DNA from: Syntrophorhabdaceae bacterium
GTDB taxonomy: Bacteria > Desulfobacterota > Syntrophorhabdia > Syntrophorhabdales > Syntrophorhabdaceae
DNA: 64,000 bases
Assembly (NCBI GenBank): GCA_963665295.1
Contig: OY762209.1
Location: 1,280,001-1,344,000, forward strand
Direction: 5' to 3'
Of the stretch, positions 57,549 to 64,000 are shown piece by piece. Each line of letters begins with the position of its first letter. Position 1 is the first letter of the stretch. The position numbers were made by a program, and so were the translations under genes. The notes under the pieces were generated by a model. That model was not told where the DNA came from. It saw only the letters and a list, made by a program, of their open reading frames with translations, and did not search any database.

Positions 57549-58238
57549 TCAGGAATTCTTCTGCATCCACTGGATTGCATAGGTAAGGAGGTCCATGCCG
57601 CTCGTGAGCCGCAGTTTCTCCTTGATATGGGACCGGTAGGACTCTATGGTTTTCACGCTGAGATGAAGCTCTTCAGCGATCTGCCTTGTGCCCATGCCCC
57701 GGCCGATCAACTGGAATACGGACAGTTCCCGGTCGCTCAAAAAGTCGAGAGGTGAAGCCGTCTTTTTCGTGTCGCCTTCCACGAGTTTTTCGAGCATCTT
57801 GGTGGCGATGGTGCTGCTCACGAATATTTCACCCGCCAGGACGCGGCGGATGCCGTCGAGCACCTTTTCCACGGCCTCCTGCTTCATGATGTATCCCCGC
57901 GCTCCCGCGCGCAGGGCGCGCTCGGCGAAGAGGGCCTCGTCGTGCATGGAGACCACGAGAGCCGGGAGCTCGTTGTATTTCAATTTGATATTCTTGAGAA
58001 GTTCAACACCGTCAACACCGGGCAAGGAAATATCGATGATTACCATATCGGGACCGATGGAGTCGATGAGTTCCATGGCCTTTCTGGCGTCCCCCGCCTC
58101 TCCTGCCACTGCAAGGTCGGGTTCCTGGTTGATGAGCATGGAGAGCCCTTTCCTCATGATAGGGTGATCGTCAACGATCAGTATCTTCTTCACACCGCCC
58201 TTTTCCCTCCGCTCCGCACCGAGTTCCATCCCTGTCAT
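57549..58238 (-). CDS. NarL/LuxR family response regulator
   Basis: IVDDHP, IDISLP and LSDRE...IAEELHLSVKTIESYR. Confidence 0.95.
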   Translation of the reverse strand: MTGMELGAERREKGGVKKILIVDDHPIMRKGLSMLINQEPDLAVAGEAGDARKAMELIDSIGPDMVIIDISLPGVDGVELLKNIKLKYNELPALVVSMHDEALFAERALRAGARGYIMKQEAVEKVLDGIRRVLAGEIFVSSTIATKMLEKLVEGDTKKTASPLDFLSDRELSVFQLIGRGMGTRQIAEELHLSVKTIESYRSHIKEKLRLTSGMDLLTYAIQWMQKNS

Positions 58239-59824
58239 GCGCCCTCCTTTGCATTGCTGTCATTCATGAAGGAACAGGTGAGGAGGGTGCCGCCGTCCGG
58301 GCCGTCTCCGATGCTCAGAGAGGCGCCGATCATTGAGGCGCGGTAATTCATGATGTTTATGCCGATGCCGCTCCCGTACTTTACGGTGTTGGTGAAGCCT
58401 ACGCCGTTGTCTTTCACCGTGAGTATGTTCTGGTTCCCGTCCCTCCTGAATGTGATAGTCACGCTATTTCCTTTACCATGTTTGATCGCATTGCTCAAGG
58501 CCTCCTGGGCAATCCTGTAGAGGTGGACCGCCACCGCATTGTCATGAAAGAGGATCGGTTCGTCGCACACGAAGCGGCACTTGATGCCGAAAAGCCTTTC
58601 CGTGTTTGCCGCCAGTTCGAGAAGCCCGTTCATGAGCCCGTCCGCCTCCAGTCTCACCGGGTTGAGGCCCCTCGCAAAACCCCGGGTGAGGGTGATGGCC
58701 TGATCGATAAGGCCCACGATCTCCCGGGCGTCGTCGGGTCTCGCCTCCGCCCCGGAGCTTATCCGCCTTTCAAGGGCCTTGCTGAGAAAGCCTATTCCCG
58801 CGAGGTGCTGACACAGGCTGTCGTGGAGGTCCTGGCCGATCCTCCTCTGTTCCCTGCCGCTGATTTCGAGGATTTCCCTTTCCAGGCGCTTGCGGAGGGT
58901 GATGTCCCGCACCATGGCAAGGACCTCGTCTTCCCGGATCACCACGATACGCACCTCGAAGTCGCTCGCTCTTCCGTCGAGGACGATATGCTGCTCGAAA
59001 ACCTGCGCCCTTCCCGTGCTAAGGGCGCGGTTCACGTAAATCATGCCCTGTTCGAGCATCCGTCTCGGCAGGACTCCCTGCCGGTCGGAGAGTTCGAAGA
59101 CGCTCTTGCCCACAAGTGTCCCGAGAAACCCCGCGAAATTGGTGAAGTTCCCTTCGTGAACCCCGAGCACGGCGCCGGCCTTGTCTACCTGAAAGATGAG
59201 GTCGGGGATGGCGCTCAGAAGGGCCCTGTTCTTGACCTCGCTCTCATGAAGCGCTTCCTCGGCCCTTTTCCACTCCACGATCGCCCCCATTCTCTCCGCG
59301 ATCACATTGATGAGGCTCCGCTCCTCCTTGAGGAAAGGGCCCTCGTCCTTTTCAGGTCTCTGATCGAGGTAACACACATCGAGGGAACCCACGACGCTCC
59401 CGTGGGCGAGGATACGCTGGGACTGTCTCCACCGGGTTTCCCTGAAACCCGGTGTGGTGAAGACCTCTCCCTCCAGGGTTATGCGGCAGGATGTAATTTC
59501 CGGGTATTGCCACGCGTCGGGTATGATGCCCACAGTCTCCTGGAGGACTTCCCGAAGCGATATGCCGTGCTTCTCCACGATGCCCGATATGGAATAGAGG
59601 CAGTTAAGCTCTTTGACCCTCTCGCGGAGGTCATAGGCGGAGCCTTCGTCCGGCGTTCCCGCGCCTTCCCGGCACGGGGACCCCTTGAGGAAGGCAATCT
59701 CCCTTTCCGCTTCGGCGAGGGCGGCCGCGAGCTCCTCCCGCGTTCTCTTCCCGGACCGCGGGCGCACCTTTTCCTGTTTCTCTTCCCCGACTTTACGGGG
59801 GCTGTTACTCGACTTTGTGCTCAT
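58235..59824 (-). CDS. GAF/PAS sensor histidine kinase (HisKA_3)
   Basis: LRERVKELNCLY, PAS, QDLHDSLCQ, QEALSNAIKH and DNGVG. ATGA overlap with the response regulator. Confidence 0.93.
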   Translation of the reverse strand: MSTKSSNSPRKVGEEKQEKVRPRSGKRTREELAAALAEAEREIAFLKGSPCREGAGTPDEGSAYDLRERVKELNCLYSISGIVEKHGISLREVLQETVGIIPDAWQYPEITSCRITLEGEVFTTPGFRETRWRQSQRILAHGSVVGSLDVCYLDQRPEKDEGPFLKEERSLINVIAERMGAIVEWKRAEEALHESEVKNRALLSAIPDLIFQVDKAGAVLGVHEGNFTNFAGFLGTLVGKSVFELSDRQGVLPRRMLEQGMIYVNRALSTGRAQVFEQHIVLDGRASDFEVRIVVIREDEVLAMVRDITLRKRLEREILEISGREQRRIGQDLHDSLCQHLAGIGFLSKALERRISSGAEARPDDAREIVGLIDQAITLTRGFARGLNPVRLEADGLMNGLLELAANTERLFGIKCRFVCDEPILFHDNAVAVHLYRIAQEALSNAIKHGKGNSVTITFRRDGNQNILTVKDNGVGFTNTVKYGSGIGINIMNYRASMIGASLSIGDGPDGGTLLTCSFMNDSNAKEGA

Positions 59825-59971
59825 GGCGTTCAGTATACCACAAGATCCCGCCCTCTTCGACAGGGCAGTGACCGCGGAGGCGGGCGGCGGCCCACCCGGA
59901 CGCGGCAAAAAAGCCCATTTCGTCCCGAATATCGTCATGTCACGGCAGGGCGTCGCCGGAGGACAAAAATG

Positions 59972-60001
59972 TTGACACCCCCTCTCACGGGTTGATACAA
60001 T
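59972..60001 (+). promoter_or_regulatory. Sigma70-type promoter
   Basis: TTGACA-N18-TACAAT with extended TG. Confidence 0.6.
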
Positions 60002-60165
60002 TTGTATGGTTGCCGGGTTCATGAGCTGCGTACCGGGGACTGTCTTGCGGGGGGGCATGATGCAGGAAATTCACGTCACATCAATGATCCGTTCTTTTCA
60101 CAGGATTCTTTCTTTCGGCAGGGCTCCAGACAAGTTGAAATACATATTCACCCGGGAGGTGTAGG

Positions 60166-62292
60166 ATGAGAAAGGCCGCGTACGGATTGTGTGCCGTCGT
60201 GTTTCTCCTGATTTCCCTTGGCGCGGCTCACGGGGCCGGAACGCCGGGAACCCTGAAGTGGAGCTATTCCACGGGATCGTCGATCCAGTCTGTCCCCGCT
60301 ATCGGAGCGGACGGCATGATCTACGTGGGGTCCGGGGATTCCAAGCTCTATGCCTTGACTCCCAAGGGCGCCCGCAAGTGGGTCTACACGACGGGGTCTT
60401 CCATCGACTCCTCCCCTGCCATCGGGGCCGACGGCACGATCTACGTGGGGTCCTACGATACCAAACTCTATGCCCTGACTCCCAAGGGTCGCCTCAAGTG
60501 GGCCTATACCACGGCGGACACGATCCTTTCTTCACCCGCCATAGGGACCGACGGGACCATCTACGTGGGCTCGCTGGACGGCACGCTCCACGCGGTAAGC
60601 CCTGAAGGCGACGCCAAATGGACGTATCCGGCGGGGGAAGGCGGAATCGCCTATTCCTCCCCTGCCATCGGAGCGGACGGGACCATCTACGTGGGGTCAG
60701 GGGACGGCGTACTCCACGCGGTAAGCCCGGAAGGCGACCCCCTGTGGACTTACACGGCAGGAGACGGGATCTTCTATTCCTCCCCTGCCATCGGAGCGGA
60801 CGGGACCATCTATGTGGGATCGGACGACGGCATGCTCCACGCGGTAAGCCCTGAAGGCGAGGCGAAATGGACGTATCCGGCGGGAGAAAGCGGGATCTTC
60901 TCCTCCCCTGTCATCGGGAAGGACAATACCATCTACGTGGGGTCGGTAGGCGGCACGCTCCATGCGCTGAATGCTGCGGGCGACGTCAAATGGACCTGTC
61001 CGACAGGGGGTGAGATGGGGTTTTCCTCCCCTGCCATCGGAGCGGACGGAACCATCTATGTGGGATCGGGCGACGGCACACTCCAGGCGGTGAGCCCCGA
61101 AGGTGAGATCATATGGACCTATACGACAGAGCAGCCGTTCTGGTCTTCCCCTGTCATCGGGACGGACAATACCATCTACGTGGGGTCCATGGACGGGACG
61201 CTTCATGCCGTCTACATCGCATCCCCCGGCCCGGCGGACTCGCCCTGGCCCGTGTTCCATCACGATCTTAAGCATACAGGCAACGCAGCGGCCCTTTCCC
61301 TCCTCACCCTCGCCAAAACCGGCGCCGGTTCAGGCGCGGTGACGAGCAATCCCGCGGGTATCGATTGCGGGGGCGCGTGCTCCCATTCATTTATCGACGG
61401 GACCACGGTGACCCTCACCGCAACCGCTTCTTCCGGTTCGATCTTCAAGTCCTGGTCCGGCTGTGCCTCGGTTTCGGGGGCCACATGCACCATAGTGACA
61501 AACGGCGCAAAGACAATCACGGCGAAGTTCGATATCCCGAACCCCCTCAAGCTCACCGTATCCAAGGTGAAGCAGTCGGGCGGGGACGGCACGGTGACGA
61601 GTACCCCTGCGGGTATCGACTGCGGCAAGACCTGCTCCGCCCTCTACGGGCCGGGTACTTCCGTAACCCTCAACGTTGACGTGGGTGCTGCGTCCACCTT
61701 TCTTGGCTGGTCCCTCTCCACGTGCCCGGGTATAGGTCCCTGCACCTTCACCTTGGACAAGGCCCAGACGGTGAAGGCCATATTCATGGGGCCCCAGGCC
61801 CTCACGGTGAAGAACACCCCGGTGAGCAAAGGCAAGGGCACGGTGACAAGCAAACCCGAAGGCATCGACTGCGGCACAACGTGCAAGTACGGTTTCATCT
61901 ACAAAAGCGAGGTGAGCCTCACCGCCTCCGCCGATTCCACGTCCAATTCCGTATTCTCGGGCTGGTCCGGGGCGTGCACCGGCACAGGCGCCTGCACCGT
62001 CACCATGGACAAGGCACAGACCGTAAAGGCCTCGTTCACAGGCCCCTTGACCCTCACCGTGAAGAACACCTCGGTGAGCAAAGGCAAGGGCACGGTGACA
62101 AGCAATCCCGCGGGTATCGACTGCGGCACTTCGTGCAAGTACAATTTTGCCTATAAAAGCGGGGTGACCCTCACTGCACAGGCTGAACCGAACTCCACCT
62201 TCTCGGGCTGGTCCGGGGCGTGCACCGGCGTTGACCTCTGCGTAGTCACCATGGATAAGGCAAAGACCGTCACCGCGAAGTTCACGAAGTGA
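60166..62292 (+). CDS. Secreted PQQ-like beta-propeller protein with four InlB-B/Flg_new-like Ig repeats
   Basis: Signal peptide, 8 repeats of SSPAIGADGTIYVGS.DG.L.A...G..KW, SPWPVFHHD..HTG, and Ig repeats. Confidence 0.92.
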   Translation: MRKAAYGLCAVVFLLISLGAAHGAGTPGTLKWSYSTGSSIQSVPAIGADGMIYVGSGDSKLYALTPKGARKWVYTTGSSIDSSPAIGADGTIYVGSYDTKLYALTPKGRLKWAYTTADTILSSPAIGTDGTIYVGSLDGTLHAVSPEGDAKWTYPAGEGGIAYSSPAIGADGTIYVGSGDGVLHAVSPEGDPLWTYTAGDGIFYSSPAIGADGTIYVGSDDGMLHAVSPEGEAKWTYPAGESGIFSSPVIGKDNTIYVGSVGGTLHALNAAGDVKWTCPTGGEMGFSSPAIGADGTIYVGSGDGTLQAVSPEGEIIWTYTTEQPFWSSPVIGTDNTIYVGSMDGTLHAVYIASPGPADSPWPVFHHDLKHTGNAAALSLLTLAKTGAGSGAVTSNPAGIDCGGACSHSFIDGTTVTLTATASSGSIFKSWSGCASVSGATCTIVTNGAKTITAKFDIPNPLKLTVSKVKQSGGDGTVTSTPAGIDCGKTCSALYGPGTSVTLNVDVGAASTFLGWSLSTCPGIGPCTFTLDKAQTVKAIFMGPQALTVKNTPVSKGKGTVTSKPEGIDCGTTCKYGFIYKSEVSLTASADSTSNSVFSGWSGACTGTGACTVTMDKAQTVKASFTGPLTLTVKNTSVSKGKGTVTSNPAGIDCGTSCKYNFAYKSGVTLTAQAEPNSTFSGWSGACTGVDLCVVTMDKAKTVTAKFTK

Positions 62293-62363
62293 TGGCGGGC
62301 CCGAGCCCGGAATGAGTACCCTTCGCTGAATAGAGGGTGTGCTTGCAAAGGCGTGGTCCCGGC

Positions 62364-62885
62364 TTACTCGCCTGTCCCCAGGTCCTCGATTACATGGGCC
62401 GGGAAGTAGGTTGCCGTCACTTCAAGGGTACACGCGTTCTGAAAGTCCTTGTTCACCACCTTGTACCTCAGGCAATACCTCGCCACGTTCTTCCCGGCGT
62501 CTTCCCAATCGTCTATCCATTGCAGGACGTCATAGCCGTCCGGGCGATTGTGATAAAGGTCCCACACGCCGCCCGCCCGGCGGGCATGGTTCGTTCTGAG
62601 GTTGGGGTTGAAGGGGTTGAATTCCTGCCTCCTCCACCCGAGGGCGTTCATCTGCCCTACCAACCCTCCAAGATACTCGTTCGCGGGATGGCAGAGATTC
62701 AGCTTGTAGGAAAGGGCATATACGTCTCCCGAGGCGCTCCGCACCATGTCGTAAGCCCCCGAGGGGACCCACAGGCTTCGCTCCACCGGATCAGGCCAAT
62801 CTGAAGCCGCGACCAGGCAGGCGAAAGGCGCTATGGCCATGACAACCAACAATGCGATTGCGACGTAATTTGTCTTCCGTGCCAT
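62364..62885 (-). CDS. Hypothetical exported protein
   Basis: 173-aa ORF with a hydrophobic N-terminus. Confidence 0.6.
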   Translation of the reverse strand: MARKTNYVAIALLVVMAIAPFACLVAASDWPDPVERSLWVPSGAYDMVRSASGDVYALSYKLNLCHPANEYLGGLVGQMNALGWRRQEFNPFNPNLRTNHARRAGGVWDLYHNRPDGYDVLQWIDDWEDAGKNVARYCLRYKVVNKDFQNACTLEVTATYFPAHVIEDLGTGE

Positions 62886-63079
62886 GGAAAACCGTAGCAG
62901 GATGGGCAGGGATTGTCAATCCTGCGGGCAACGGCACCTCATCAACGGATGGCCCTTGCGTACCCGGTTCTCAAGATTGATTCCATACACAAACAGGTGT
63001 TCCCGGGGAGGTCCATGGCGACCCATCGTAGTGCGTATATCCCTGCATTCATATATTTCCCGCATTCTCCTCGGGACAT

Positions 63080-63415
63080 TCACTCCTTACCCTGCAATCC
63101 CTGCGCATTCTTGTCAACCCGTTCAACCGCCCTGATGATCGAGGCGGTGGTCACTCTCAAGTGACGGGCGATCTCTGCGGTGGGAAGACCATACTCGGTA
63201 ACGGCCCTGAAGGCGATTGCCGCCCTGACATGGGACACCTTCATACGTCTCCGCCACTTTGGAGTCAAGGGGGTTTATCTGTACTTTTAAGACATTCTTC
63301 ATTGATAAGATGAAGAATGACATCTGCAGTCAATCTTCCTTTCATCTGCCGCCTCTCTTCTGACTCTTCGATTTCACCTATGACGAAATCGCTGCTTCCA
63401 AATATTCCTTCGTTG
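63080..63415 (-). pseudogene. Frameshifted C-terminal remnant of a RAYT/Y1-like transposase with HTH tail
   Basis: NEGIFGSSDFV..EE in one frame, then after frameshifts KVSHVRAAIAFRAVTEYGLPTAEIARHLRVTTASIIRAVER. Confidence 0.65.
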
Positions 63416-63444
63416 TGTTGCCCGAGAGAAGCAACCTGAGGCTA

Positions 63445-64000
63445 GTGTCACGTCACTCATCTAATGTCGGATAAAGTCGCCTAAGTTTCACCCGCGCATC
63501 CTTAGTAGTAAATTGCCAGTTCACCTTTGCGTTGAGATTGTCGCGATGGGCCTGCCAGGCAGACACGGCGGAGTGGACCTCGGCGAGAGTGTCGATCCGG
63601 CGACTCAGGCATTGATGAATGAGCACGTTAAGCTCAATCTCCGCCATATTGAGCCAGCTTCCATGTTTGGGAGTATAGACGAATTCAAAGCGGTCCCAGA
63701 TGCGTTTGGCCTCTTCGGGAGAAAAGGCTTCATAAAGAGAGCCGGGTTTATGGGTGTTCAGGTTATCCATGACAAGGGTGATCCTTTTGGCCTTTCCATA
63801 CCGTCCTGAAAGTTCCCGGATGAACTCCGCCCAGTCGCGCTTCGTTCTCCTTTCCGATACCTTGGTCAGGCGCGTGCCCGCCAATGGTTCGTTGGCCATA
63901 AATACGGTACAGACGCCACATCGCTCGTATTCGTAGTCGTGACGCTCGAGCCGTCCCGGAGCGCGGGGAATCGGGGTACGCGTTTCTTTGATCAGTTGTC
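63445..64000 (-). mobile_element. IS630-family element, right end (continues beyond the window)
   Basis: The transposase ends 8 bp from the terminus ...GTGACAC followed by TA (63443-63444), the IS630 target dinucleotide. Confidence 0.85.
63453..63998 (-). CDS. IS630 family transposase (partial)
   Basis: HDYEYERCG, LVMDNLNTH and YTPKHGSWLNMAEIE. The frame is open to the window edge. Confidence 0.95.
   Translation of the reverse strand, partial: QLIKETRTPIPRAPGRLERHDYEYERCGVCTVFMANEPLAGTRLTKVSERRTKRDWAEFIRELSGRYGKAKRITLVMDNLNTHKPGSLYEAFSPEEAKRIWDRFEFVYTPKHGSWLNMAEIELNVLIHQCLSRRIDTLAEVHSAVSAWQAHRDNLNAKVNWQFTTKDARVKLRRLYPTLDE

Overview
GC-rich bacterial chromosomal window. The gene content (2[4Fe-4S] ferredoxin, PAS kinases, NrpR-like protein, secreted propeller/Ig proteins) is consistent with an anaerobic Desulfobacterota/Syntrophorhabdus-like organism, which is an inference. 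In order: a pbpC-alpha-2-macroglobulin operon; a small defence patch (BglII-like REase + MT-A70 MTase, vapBC, HigA/IrrE remnant); a KaiA-less kaiC-kaiB-kaiB-hybrid kinase cluster directly followed by glycogen phosphorylase; housekeeping genes; a complete IS1634 (12-bp TIRs, 6-bp TSD) inserted in the last codons of a ThDP decarboxylase; a chemoreceptor with a C-terminal Cache-like domain; a patchwork accessory region with two secreted beta-propeller/Ig-stalk proteins and a dispersed non-coding repeat family; a nitrogen locus (degenerate KaiC-like/ATP-grasp dikinase-like protein, HTH-less NrpR, gdhA); a NarL-type two-component pair; a third propeller/Ig-stalk protein; and an IS630 abutting a RAYT-like transposase remnant. 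No rRNA, tRNA or CRISPR array was seen. The strongest candidates for undescribed biology are the dikinase-like/NrpR/GDH module, the kaiBBC-kinase-glgP linkage and the non-coding repeat family. All family assignments come from motif recognition by eye, not database searches.
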